Below, piece after piece: positions 9,595-19,265 of a stretch of 64,000 nt of DNA. The position numbers and the translations under genes were made by a program. The notes under the pieces were generated by a model. It did no database searches and had not been told where the DNA came from. It saw only the letters and a program-made list of their open reading frames with translations. Where the stretch lies: positions 2,112,001 through 2,176,000 of the forward strand of contig OY781066.1 in NCBI GenBank assembly GCA_963676395.1, read 5' to 3'. Position 1 is the stretch's first letter; each line of letters opens with the position of its first letter. Source of the DNA: a bacterium (lineage in GTDB: Bacteria; Fidelibacterota; Fidelibacteria; Fidelibacterales; Fidelibacteraceae).

Positions 9595-9804
9595 TTATAA
9601 AGTGAATTTATCTTTCATTTTTTAAGTATCTTACGATTCACGAATATATTACTCTATATAGCAACAATTAATAAAACAATCCTCGAGAATCTTGATTTTT
9701 TACTGTCAAACTGACTCATCATTTATTACATTATCGAAAGTTCCGACACAGAGGGTATGAGCATCGGAATATCAACAAAATCAAAGAAAAGTGACTGTTA
9801 CCAC

Positions 9805-10863
9805 ATGATTGCAAAACTAGTCTTAGAGAATGGTTTGAGCTTCGAAGGGAAAGCCTTCGGTGCACCCGTTTCCACCTCTGGCGAGGTGGTTTTTAATACC
9901 GGTATGGTTGGCTATCCTGAAGCCCTGACCGATCCGTCGTATTATGGACAGATTTTGACTTCAACCTATCCGCTTATTGGCAACTATGGAGTTCCTGATG
10001 AAAAAGAAGCGGATATATGTAAACGCCAGTGGGAATCCGATCGCATTCAAGCTTTCGGTTTTATTATCTCCAATCTTTCAGACATCCATTCACATTGGGA
10101 TGCCGATATGAGCCTGGATGAATGGCTCAAAAAAGAAGGCATTCCCGGAATCGCTGGAATAGATACCCGTGCTCTGACAAAAATCCTTCGCGAAAGCGGT
10201 ACTATGCTAGGCAAGATCATTGTGAATGATCAAGATGTCGATTTCTATGATCCCAACAAAGACCTGCTCATCGAAAAAGTTTGTGTGAAGGAACCTGTAG
10301 AGCATGGAGAAGGAGACAAAACGGTTCTACTTGTTGATTTTGGTTGTAAGAACAGTATTATCTCAAACGTGGTCAAACGTGGCTTTAAGGTCATTCAAGT
10401 TCCTTATAACTACGATTATTCTCGTGTTAAATATGATGGCATTGTGCTTTCTAGCGGACCGGGAGATCCGGCCGAATACAGCTTTATGGCTGAGAAGATC
10501 AAAGCCTTTATGGATGAAAAGAAACCTATGCTGGGTATTTGTCTGGGACATCAGCTAATGGCACTTACTGCCGGGGCAAAGACCTATAAACTGGGTTATG
10601 GACACCGCTCTCAGAATCAGCCGGTGATCGATAGGTTAAGTGGTCGTGCTTATGTAACAACACAGAACCACGGTTATGCTGTAAATATGAAAACTATCCC
10701 AACAGGTTTTATTTCCTGGTTTGAGAATTTAAACGACGGTACGAACGAAGGATTGTGGCATAAGAATCTGCCGATTCTTTCGACTCAGTTTCACCCCGAG
10801 GCTATGCCGGGTCCGGTGGATACCGCCTTTATATTTGATGAATTTAAACGCTGCTTCGAATAG
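9805..10863 (+). CDS. carA: Carbamoyl-phosphate synthase small subunit
   Basis: GEVVFNTGMVGYPEALTDPSY, GPGDP, GICLGHQ, QNHGY, QFHPE; start could alternatively be 9757. Confidence 0.97.
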   Translation: MIAKLVLENGLSFEGKAFGAPVSTSGEVVFNTGMVGYPEALTDPSYYGQILTSTYPLIGNYGVPDEKEADICKRQWESDRIQAFGFIISNLSDIHSHWDADMSLDEWLKKEGIPGIAGIDTRALTKILRESGTMLGKIIVNDQDVDFYDPNKDLLIEKVCVKEPVEHGEGDKTVLLVDFGCKNSIISNVVKRGFKVIQVPYNYDYSRVKYDGIVLSSGPGDPAEYSFMAEKIKAFMDEKKPMLGICLGHQLMALTAGAKTYKLGYGHRSQNQPVIDRLSGRAYVTTQNHGYAVNMKTIPTGFISWFENLNDGTNEGLWHKNLPILSTQFHPEAMPGPVDTAFIFDEFKRCFE

Positions 10864-10871
10864 GGACAAAT

Positions 10872-13800
10872 ATGAATAAACAGATCAAAAAAGTTGTGAT
10901 TTTAGGTTCCGCCGCCATTAAGATCGGCGAAGCGGGCGAATTTGATTACTCGGGATCTCAGGCCATTAAAGCCTTAAAAGAAGAAGGTGTTAAAACCATT
11001 TTGATCAATCCGAATATTGCTACGATACAAACATCGGATTATTTGGCTGATAAGGTCTATTTGCTGCCGGTCACGGTAGATTTCGTGGAAAAGGTTCTTG
11101 AAAAAGAAAAACCGGATGGAATTTTACTGTCATTCGGTGGTCAAACCGCTTTAAATTGCGGACTTGAACTCTATGATAAAGGCATTTTGAAGAACAATGG
11201 TGTTGAAGTGCTGGGAACGCCGGTTGAAACCATTCGGAACACCGAAGATAGGGAAAAATTCAACTCTGCTTTAGATGAGATAGGTGTTCATTATCCTAAA
11301 AGTAAAGCTGTGAATTCGGTAGAAGAAGCTATTGAATATGCTGAGGAGATCGGCTTTCCTGTGATGATGCGTATTGCTTACGCACTTGGCGGGCTTGGTT
11401 CGGGTGTGTGCCGTACCAAAGAACAATTGATCGATCGTGCTACCAAAGCTTTTACTTATACATCTCAGATCCTTATCGAAGAATGGCTGGGCGGCTGGAA
11501 AGAAGTCGAATACGAAGTTGTTCGTGATAAATATAATAATTGTATTACCGTCTGTAATATGGAAAACGTGGATCCTTTGGGTATTCATACGGGTGAAAGT
11601 ATCGTGGTGGCACCATCGCAAACGCTATCCAACAGTGAATATCATAAATTGCGCGAGATTGGTATTCGTGTGATTCGTCATCTTGGCGTAGTAGGTGAGT
11701 GTAATATTCAGTATGCTTTGGATCCTTTCTCTGAAGAATATCGTGTGATTGAAGTAAATGCACGATTGTCGCGTTCATCAGCTTTGGCATCAAAAGCAAC
11801 CGGTTATCCCTTGGCTTTTATTGCAGCTAAACTCGGTATGGGTTATGGTTTGCACGAACTATCAAATGCCATTACCGATACATCCGCTTTCTTTGAACCT
11901 GCATTGGATTATATTGTTGTCAAGATGCCACGATGGGATCTCAAGAAATTCCGTAATGTATCTCGTCGCATCGGTTCTGCTATGAAATCGGTGGGTGAGG
12001 TCATGGCTATTGGTCGTAATTTTGAAGAAACCCTGCAAAAAGCCATTCGTATGCTCGGAACCGGCGCTAAAGGATTGGTCGCCAATGAAAAGTTTACAAC
12101 CAGCTCAATGGAAGATTCTCTAACGAAACCTTCTGATGAACGTCTTTTTGCTGTGGTAGATGCCTTTAAACAAGGTTACAGTATTGATCGAGTTCATGAA
12201 TTGACTCGAATTGATAAATGGTTCCTGCATAAGATCAAGAATGTTGTCGATATTGCTCTTCGCCTGAGAAGCGGGGAAGAATTGAGCGATGAACTTCTTT
12301 TGGAAGCCAAGAAAAAAGGTTATTCCGATGAACAGCTTTCTATTGTTGCAAGTAAGCCCGAAGAAGAGGTATATGAGCAGCGTGTAAACGCCGATATTCA
12401 TCCTCATATAAAACGAATTGATACAGTAGCTGCCGAATATCCTGCGAAAACAAATTACCTCTATCTGACTTACGAAGGTATAGAGGATGATTATAATGAA
12501 AAACATCCAGACGCTGCCATTATTTTGGGTGGTGGACCTTATCGAATCGGTTCGTCGGTTGAATTTGACTGGTGTTGCGTGATCGCAGGTAAAACCGTTC
12601 GAGAAGCGGGAAAAACATCCATTATGATCAATTGTAATCCGGAAACGGTTTCAACGGATTATGATGAATTTGATGCACTCTTTTTTGAAGAGTTGACATT
12701 CGAAACCGTTCGAGAAATTTATAACAAAGTTGATCCGGAAGGTTTTATCCTTTCTATGGGTGGGCAAATCCCCAATAATCTGGCGGTTCGTTTAAACGAG
12801 AACGGTTTACGTATCCTGGGTACAAGCACAGAGAATATCGATCGTGCCGAAAATCGTTCGAAGTTCTCAGCTATGTTAGATGATCTTGAAGTTATGCAAC
12901 CCGAATGGAAGGCCTTGACTGATCATAAATCCGCTCTCAAGTTCGCGAATGATGTGGGGTATCCTGTATTGGTGAGACCTTCATACGTGTTGTCCGGTGC
13001 GGCCATGGCTGTTGCAACCTCGGATCTTGAATTAAAGGGATTTTTACTGGCTGCTGCAGATGTATCCAATGAATACCCGGTTGTTATTTCTAAATTTTAT
13101 GAGAATGCCAAAGAACTGGAATTTGATGCCGTAGCGCAGAATGGTGAGATCATTTGTTATGCTATTTCCGAGCACGTTGAAAATGCCGGAACTCACTCCG
13201 GTGATGCCACACTGGTATTACCTCCACAAAGAACTTATTTTGAAACAGAACGGCAGATTCGTAAGACTTCGGCTAAGATTGCAAAAGAGCTTAATATCAA
13301 CGGACCTTTGAATATCCAATATATCGCCAAGAATAATGAAGTCCGCGTGATCGAATGTAATCTGCGTGCATCGCGATCATTCCCCTTTGTATCCAAAACC
13401 CTGAATAAGAATTTTATTGAGGTGGCAACCAAGGTTATTATTGGCAAGAAACAGGAAAAAGTCAGAATTCCGCTTTACGACTATGAATATGTGGCCGTAA
13501 AAGCTCCACAATTTTCCTTTACACGTCTTAGAGGAGCTGATCCCGCCACAGGTGTGGAAATGTCCTCAACCGGTGAAGTTGCTTGTCTGGGAGATAATTT
13601 CTACGAAGCATATATCAAAGCTCTTATCTCAGTAGGATTTAAATTTCCAATTACGTCTGTATTGATCTCTTCCGGCCCTACGTCATCGAAAGCCGAGCTA
13701 TTGGAATCCGTTAGAATGCTTTCAGATATGGGCGTTATAATTTTTGCTACCGGTGGAACTCAAAAGTTCCTGGTTGAGCATGATGTACCTTCATTGAAAT

Positions 13801-14060
13801 TAAATTGGCCTTCTGATGAAGAAAAACCGGATGTTATTGAATATCTCAAAGAAGGTAAAGTTGATCTAGTTGTAAATATTCCCAAGAATTACAACGAAGA
13901 TGAGTTGACCAACGATTATACCATTCGCCGTGCGGCTGTTGATTATGCAGTACCGCTGATCACCAATCGTCAGGTTGCTCAACGCCTTTTCGAGGCTATC
14001 TCAAAAACTGATATGGATTCACTCAAGATCAAAAGTTGGGATGAATATCGGGTGAAATAA
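10872..14060 (+). CDS. carB: Carbamoyl-phosphate synthase large subunit
   Basis: GEFDYSGSQAIKAL, two ATP-grasp halves, NCNPETVSTDYD, C-terminal MGS-like domain. Confidence 0.98.
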   Translation: MNKQIKKVVILGSAAIKIGEAGEFDYSGSQAIKALKEEGVKTILINPNIATIQTSDYLADKVYLLPVTVDFVEKVLEKEKPDGILLSFGGQTALNCGLELYDKGILKNNGVEVLGTPVETIRNTEDREKFNSALDEIGVHYPKSKAVNSVEEAIEYAEEIGFPVMMRIAYALGGLGSGVCRTKEQLIDRATKAFTYTSQILIEEWLGGWKEVEYEVVRDKYNNCITVCNMENVDPLGIHTGESIVVAPSQTLSNSEYHKLREIGIRVIRHLGVVGECNIQYALDPFSEEYRVIEVNARLSRSSALASKATGYPLAFIAAKLGMGYGLHELSNAITDTSAFFEPALDYIVVKMPRWDLKKFRNVSRRIGSAMKSVGEVMAIGRNFEETLQKAIRMLGTGAKGLVANEKFTTSSMEDSLTKPSDERLFAVVDAFKQGYSIDRVHELTRIDKWFLHKIKNVVDIALRLRSGEELSDELLLEAKKKGYSDEQLSIVASKPEEEVYEQRVNADIHPHIKRIDTVAAEYPAKTNYLYLTYEGIEDDYNEKHPDAAIILGGGPYRIGSSVEFDWCCVIAGKTVREAGKTSIMINCNPETVSTDYDEFDALFFEELTFETVREIYNKVDPEGFILSMGGQIPNNLAVRLNENGLRILGTSTENIDRAENRSKFSAMLDDLEVMQPEWKALTDHKSALKFANDVGYPVLVRPSYVLSGAAMAVATSDLELKGFLLAAADVSNEYPVVISKFYENAKELEFDAVAQNGEIICYAISEHVENAGTHSGDATLVLPPQRTYFETERQIRKTSAKIAKELNINGPLNIQYIAKNNEVRVIECNLRASRSFPFVSKTLNKNFIEVATKVIIGKKQEKVRIPLYDYEYVAVKAPQFSFTRLRGADPATGVEMSSTGEVACLGDNFYEAYIKALISVGFKFPITSVLISSGPTSSKAELLESVRMLSDMGVIIFATGGTQKFLVEHDVPSLKLNWPSDEEKPDVIEYLKEGKVDLVVNIPKNYNEDELTNDYTIRRAAVDYAVPLITNRQVAQRLFEAISKTDMDSLKIKSWDEYRVK

Positions 14061-14107
14061 AATACAATAAATGATCCGTTGCATGAGATTAATTTTTTCA
14101 ACGGAAA

Positions 14108-14161
14108 TTATCATTTTGACCGGAATAAGGAACGTTTAGTGGCGAATGCTGCGGAGAAATC
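14108..14161 (+). repeat. Single degenerate arm of the 30879-31068 repeat family
   Basis: ttatcattttgaccgg...gcggagaaatc resembles ctatcatttcgaccgag...gagagatct (reverse complement of 31032-31068). Confidence 0.5.
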
Positions 14162-14454
14162 CAAAATATGACGGTTGAAATCAGTAGCTGAATATTCATT
14201 TCTCGTTTGAAATCTTTTCATGTCTTTTCAAAAAAGCAGACTAGGTAGAGTTGACAGTATTGTTTCATTTAAATGATATCCACTTTACACAACGGGTAAT
14301 AATGTAATGTGAGGACTGGGGAAATGTAGTCTTTTTTTGTGCTTTTGAAATAATAAAGCATCAGGTAAGTCGCACTTTACTAAATGGTTATATATGCTGA
14401 ATAGTATTATTAATTCGACTAAATGGAAAACATTATTATTTAAATTAAAAAATA

Positions 14455-14483
14455 TTGCCAATGAAAATATCTTATAGTAAATT
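14455..14483 (+). promoter_or_regulatory. Putative promoter TTGCCA-N17-TAAATT for the CTD/TBDR/PorV cassette
   Basis: Near-consensus -35, 17-bp spacer, 50 bp upstream of the ATG. Confidence 0.55.
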
Positions 14484-14533
14484 GAGAAACATTTTTATTA
14501 TAGTGAATTAAGCTAATTATAATGGAGGTTGAA

Positions 14534-16351
14534 ATGAGAAGAACACTTGTTATTGTACTTGTGTTGTCATTTCTTGCATTCGCTTTTGCTCAGGATGCTG
14601 CTACGGCGGTTTGTGGGGTAAATAACGGTGCAAAAATTTGGCAAGAAGACTTTTCCGGCGCTGCACGCGGCATTGCCGGTGGCGTGGATTTAGATGGTGA
14701 TGGTTATCTGGAAATTTACGCAACAAACTATGGTGAAGGAAACTATATCGTTGGTTTCGAAGCGATCGGTGGTGATACACTTGAATATTTCTGGCGTTCG
14801 AATGAGGATACGACAGGTGCCAGTGATTTATATTCATCGGGCACACGTTTTGTTCAAACTGGTGATATTGATGGAGATGGTGCCGGTGAGGTTATTTTCT
14901 TCCGCGGTCGTTATTCTACCGTTGCTCAGGCAGGTCTTTATATTTACGAGATCGATAGCGACAATACTTTTAAAGAGGCTAAATTTTATGATTTTGCTGA
15001 TTTGAGCGCTCTTTATAATTTTAATGGCGAAGGTAAAGTCGTGGCCAATGGTCGCGTTGAACATTTTGTTGTTCGTGATGTTGATGGTGACGGAAAAGAT
15101 GAGATTATTTACACCAATAACGGTGGCTCATATGTTATTGATCGTACAGATGAAACAGCAACCGATACGACAGATTATGGTCACTCAGAAGATTTTATTG
15201 CCGTACTTTCAGCGACAGATGATCTTCAGGGATTTGGTCGTTTGCAGTGTGAATTTATTACCTCAGCTCGTGATATTGACATGGGTGTCCTTGGGTTAAC
15301 AAAAGATGATCCAATGTTTGGAAGAGATAATAGACTGGGTGGTGGTTCTCCCAATGCTGTTGAGGTTACGGATATTGATGGTGATGGACATAAAGAAATT
15401 GCATGTTTCGTATGGAACTATAACAATGTGTTCTTTATTGAGTCAACAGGTCCAGATACATACACATTTGGCGATACAACATACCAATATCTTACTGCTC
15501 CTGATGGCGTTTGTTTGCTCCAACCCGTTGTTGGCGATATAAACAGTGATGGAAAAGACGAAGCATATTTCTTTGACTACAATACAACGACCGCTTTTCA
15601 GGTATTTGATAATAATGATGATGCTACCAATTTTGATTCGACTGAATATGTTGTAATTAATGATGGAGAAAATGACCCTCATTCTATTTGTGGTGGTGTT
15701 TCCGGTGATATTGATGGTGATGGAAATAATGAAATTATCTTTGGTGACAATGCCTCTGAAGGTGATATTCTTGTTTGGGATGGTACAAGCTGGGATGTAT
15801 ATCATTCAGTTGAACCGGATACAAATATGTATAAAGGCACTGTAGCAGGTTTTGCAGGAAAATTTGTTGATCATTTAACTGATATTGATAATGATGGTTA
15901 CATGGAAGTAATTGCATGTTATCAAAGTGAAATTGATTCAGTTGAAGAGATTATCGGTACTGATACTAATCTGGTAGCCAATCCTTTTTATTCACCAATT
16001 CGTATCATTGAGTTCGGTGATGATGAGTTAGGTGAAGTTGTAGCGATTGATCCTGTTGTTATCACTCCTGATGACTTCAAATTGAATGCTGCATATCCTA
16101 ACCCATTCAATCCAACAACTTCAATTTCTTATTCTTTACCTTTGGCTAAAGAAGTATCATTGAAGATCTACAATGTACGCGGTGAATTAGTTAATGTATT
16201 AGTAGACAATCAAAGAGTTGAAGCGGGTACACACAATGTTGTATGGAACGCAACCGACATGATGGGTGCTCCTCTAGCAACTGGTGTATATGTATATACT
16301 TTGACATACGGTAATTTCTCAAAATCACAAAAAGTGACTCTGTTGAAATAA
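14534..16351 (+). CDS. Secreted FG-GAP/VCBS-repeat protein with C-terminal T9SS type-A-like (FlgD-Ig) sorting domain
   Basis: Signal peptide ending AFA; about 7 DxDGDGxxE repeats; AYPNPFNPTTSISY...KIYNVRGELV...GVYVYTL...KVTLLK; GGAGG SD. Confidence 0.88.
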   Translation: MRRTLVIVLVLSFLAFAFAQDAATAVCGVNNGAKIWQEDFSGAARGIAGGVDLDGDGYLEIYATNYGEGNYIVGFEAIGGDTLEYFWRSNEDTTGASDLYSSGTRFVQTGDIDGDGAGEVIFFRGRYSTVAQAGLYIYEIDSDNTFKEAKFYDFADLSALYNFNGEGKVVANGRVEHFVVRDVDGDGKDEIIYTNNGGSYVIDRTDETATDTTDYGHSEDFIAVLSATDDLQGFGRLQCEFITSARDIDMGVLGLTKDDPMFGRDNRLGGGSPNAVEVTDIDGDGHKEIACFVWNYNNVFFIESTGPDTYTFGDTTYQYLTAPDGVCLLQPVVGDINSDGKDEAYFFDYNTTTAFQVFDNNDDATNFDSTEYVVINDGENDPHSICGGVSGDIDGDGNNEIIFGDNASEGDILVWDGTSWDVYHSVEPDTNMYKGTVAGFAGKFVDHLTDIDNDGYMEVIACYQSEIDSVEEIIGTDTNLVANPFYSPIRIIEFGDDELGEVVAIDPVVITPDDFKLNAAYPNPFNPTTSISYSLPLAKEVSLKIYNVRGELVNVLVDNQRVEAGTHNVVWNATDMMGAPLATGVYVYTLTYGNFSKSQKVTLLK

Positions 16352-16364
16352 TCATGATGATCCT

Positions 16365-16394
16365 AAGGGAGAGGTCTTCCTCTCCCTTTTTTTT
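16365..16394 (+). terminator. Intrinsic terminator between the CTD gene and the TBDR gene
   Basis: aagggagagg-tctt-cctctccctt followed by a T-run. Confidence 0.8.
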
Positions 16395-16433
16395 GTCTTG
16401 TCTTAATTTTATTTGTTATAAAAAGGAATTAGA

Positions 16434-19250
16434 ATGCAAAGGAAGTTGTTTATTGTAATATTTGCAATCTTCTCCATTATCTCAGTTGTATTTGCTGGTA
16501 CCTCCGGTAAAATTGCCGGAACGGTTCTTGATAATGACAGTGGCGATCCATTGATCGGCGTAAATGTCATGCTTGCAGGTACTTCAGTGGGAGCTGCCAC
16601 TGATCTAGAGGGTTATTTTACCATACTTAATGTATCTCCCGGTGTATATGAATTGGTTGCAACATCAATTGGTTACAAAACTTTTCGTATGAAAGATGTT
16701 CGTGTGTCAGTGGATCATACGACAAATATTGACATTAGCATGGAAACATCTGTTATTGCAGGTGAGGAAGTGGTTGTTGTAGCACAAAAAGAATTGATCC
16801 AGAAGGGGCTGACCTCCTCCGAGTCAAGTATTTCTGAAGATGAACTGGAGGCTATGCCGGTTGAATCATTTACCGGACTTTTAGCAACGCAAGCAGGGGT
16901 GACACAAGGTTCTGACGGTAAATTACACGTTAGAGGTGGTAGGTCCAGTGAAATTACATACATGGTTGACGGTATTCCGGTATCCAGTGATCTTGGCCTT
17001 TCGTTATCTACAAATGTTATTTCAGAATTAACATTGATTTCAGGTACTTTTAATGCTGAGTATGGTAAAGCCATGAGTGGAATTGTTAATATCGCCACTA
17101 AGGAAGGTGCTACAGAATTTAAATCACGGATTACAGCACAATTGGGTGATATGTTAACTTGGAACGATACCCATATCAAAGGAAATGAATTTAATCCGTT
17201 GGTATTTCAGCGTTATGATTTAGATATTAGCGGCCCTATCTCATTTTTATCTCAAGGATCTTATTTTATTACGGGAACGATAAGAAATAATTTGGGATGG
17301 CGTTATGGTGTGCGTGAGCATACAACTTATGATTATGGCCAAATTGGGAATAATAGTGCTAGGGTTCTGATGACCGGTGACAGTGCCTATGTACCTATGA
17401 ACACGAGCAATTCAGAAAAAATTATGGCAAAAATGTCATTTAAACCTCTGAAAAATACGAAACTTATGTATCAATTTATTGGTGATTTTGGCAGTTGGCA
17501 AAATTACGAACATCGTTGGAGATATGCTCCGGACGGACGTTATCAATATCATTCAAATGATATAATGCATGCGTTGCATATTACTCAAACGATTAATGAA
17601 AAAACATATTTTACTTTGAAATATTCATATAAATCAAGTCATTCGGAACAGTATGTAAATAAGATCGAATGGCCGGATAATTATAATGAAGATATCAATG
17701 GTAATGGTGTTATCGACATTATCCCGGGTTTGAATGTTTCCGAAGATCTAAACGGTAATGGTGTTTTAGATGATAATCTTGCCATAGATTGGGAATTTGT
17801 AAATAAATATGGTGCGTTTGTTCCCAATGATACCTGGTATAGCATCAATTTAGGTGATACGACTATCAATATTCCTTATTATGTTCAGGATAATGGAAGA
17901 ACCGATGTTCCGGCCTATCATTTTTATTATGGTGGACAAAGCATGGGGTATTACATTTCCGAAGACAAATCACACACTGTAAAGTTTGATTTTACTTCTC
18001 AGGTTAATCGCGAGAATCAAATTCGTGCTGGAATTGAGTTTAATGCATACGAGAGACATAGAAATTCTTCTGTTTTGCAGATGAGTGAGCAAGATGGAAC
18101 AATTCCTCCATTTATTCAAAATGCCGGTGTTGCAAATCATGATTATTATACGCATAATCCCGTTGACTTCTCAGCGTATATACAGGATAAAATTGAAGTT
18201 AAAGATATTATTATCCAAGCTGGATTGCGTTATGATTACTTTAATGCAAATACTATTTGTATCGATCCTTTGACAAGCGATACAACAAATGCCAGCGCTA
18301 AACATCAATTAAGTCCTCGTTTGGGAGTATCATTTCCCATTACTGATCAAGGATTTATCCACTTCTCATATGGGCACTTCTTTCAGATGCCCTCTTTTTA
18401 CTACTTGTATACCAACCCGCTTCAGAAGCGGGGAGCCAGTGTGTCCAGATTTGGAAATCCTGATATTGACCCTCAAAAAACAGTTATGTATGAACTTGGT
18501 TTACAACAGCAGTTATCACCTTCAACAGCTATTGATTTGACTATCTTTTATCGAGATATTATCAACTGGTTATCTACGGAGTACAATTTTGTTGACAATG
18601 CTTATAAATACACACGCTATATTACTGAAGATTATGGTAACGTGAGAGGTATTACCTTTGCTTTTACACAGCGAGGTGGGCAGATGCTGACTTTTAATGC
18701 CGATTACACCTATCAGATTGCTGAAGGTAATGCTTCGTCTCCCGATGCAAAGTATTATGATGCTTTAAATAATGTCGAAAGTGAGACCAAGGTTGTTCCT
18801 TTAGACTGGGATGTACGTCACAGTATCAATGGTAACTTAACCATTACACCCATGAAAGATCTCGGTATTGGTATTTTAGGTAGATTCTCAACAGGGAAGC
18901 CATATACACCAACTGTACAAGGTCAAAGAGATGCGGAAGAAAACTCAGACAGAAAACTGTCAGAATTCACCGTTGATTTTAAAGTATTTAAATATTTTAA
19001 TATTGGTAAGCAACGTTTCAGTGTGAACCTAAAGGTATACAATTTACTTGATAGGGCAAATGAATTGGTTGTATTTACAGATACAGGTAGATCGGGTTAT
19101 ACGCTGACTCCTACATATGTTGGTGATCCGGCAGAAAAATATTCCGGTACTCCAGGTATTCATTCGTTGGAAGAATATCTGTATACACCCACGAATTATT
19201 CCACACCGAGACAGATACTCTTGAGTGTCAGTTGGGATATAAACTCTTAA
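16434..19250 (+). CDS. TonB-dependent receptor with N-terminal carboxypeptidase-regulatory-like domain
   Basis: Signal peptide; GKIAGTV...GAATDLEGYF; plug HVRGGR...YMVDG...GTFNAEYG..MSGIVN; barrel motifs GLRYDY, SPRLGVSFPI, VYNLLD. Confidence 0.92.
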   Translation: MQRKLFIVIFAIFSIISVVFAGTSGKIAGTVLDNDSGDPLIGVNVMLAGTSVGAATDLEGYFTILNVSPGVYELVATSIGYKTFRMKDVRVSVDHTTNIDISMETSVIAGEEVVVVAQKELIQKGLTSSESSISEDELEAMPVESFTGLLATQAGVTQGSDGKLHVRGGRSSEITYMVDGIPVSSDLGLSLSTNVISELTLISGTFNAEYGKAMSGIVNIATKEGATEFKSRITAQLGDMLTWNDTHIKGNEFNPLVFQRYDLDISGPISFLSQGSYFITGTIRNNLGWRYGVREHTTYDYGQIGNNSARVLMTGDSAYVPMNTSNSEKIMAKMSFKPLKNTKLMYQFIGDFGSWQNYEHRWRYAPDGRYQYHSNDIMHALHITQTINEKTYFTLKYSYKSSHSEQYVNKIEWPDNYNEDINGNGVIDIIPGLNVSEDLNGNGVLDDNLAIDWEFVNKYGAFVPNDTWYSINLGDTTINIPYYVQDNGRTDVPAYHFYYGGQSMGYYISEDKSHTVKFDFTSQVNRENQIRAGIEFNAYERHRNSSVLQMSEQDGTIPPFIQNAGVANHDYYTHNPVDFSAYIQDKIEVKDIIIQAGLRYDYFNANTICIDPLTSDTTNASAKHQLSPRLGVSFPITDQGFIHFSYGHFFQMPSFYYLYTNPLQKRGASVSRFGNPDIDPQKTVMYELGLQQQLSPSTAIDLTIFYRDIINWLSTEYNFVDNAYKYTRYITEDYGNVRGITFAFTQRGGQMLTFNADYTYQIAEGNASSPDAKYYDALNNVESETKVVPLDWDVRHSINGNLTITPMKDLGIGILGRFSTGKPYTPTVQGQRDAEENSDRKLSEFTVDFKVFKYFNIGKQRFSVNLKVYNLLDRANELVVFTDTGRSGYTLTPTYVGDPAEKYSGTPGIHSLEEYLYTPTNYSTPRQILLSVSWDINS

Positions 19251-19265
19251 GTTATGAGGATTGTA

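Noticed and set aside
9601..9619. ARG box upstream of carA (agtgaatttatctttcat)
   Set aside because: Right half is out of register with the 18-bp consensus, there is no tandem box, and the background is AT-rich
9730..9804. PyrR attenuator or riboswitch upstream of carA
   Set aside because: Only a weak ttccga...tcgga(a) hairpin; no PyrR-binding consensus or terminator recognised
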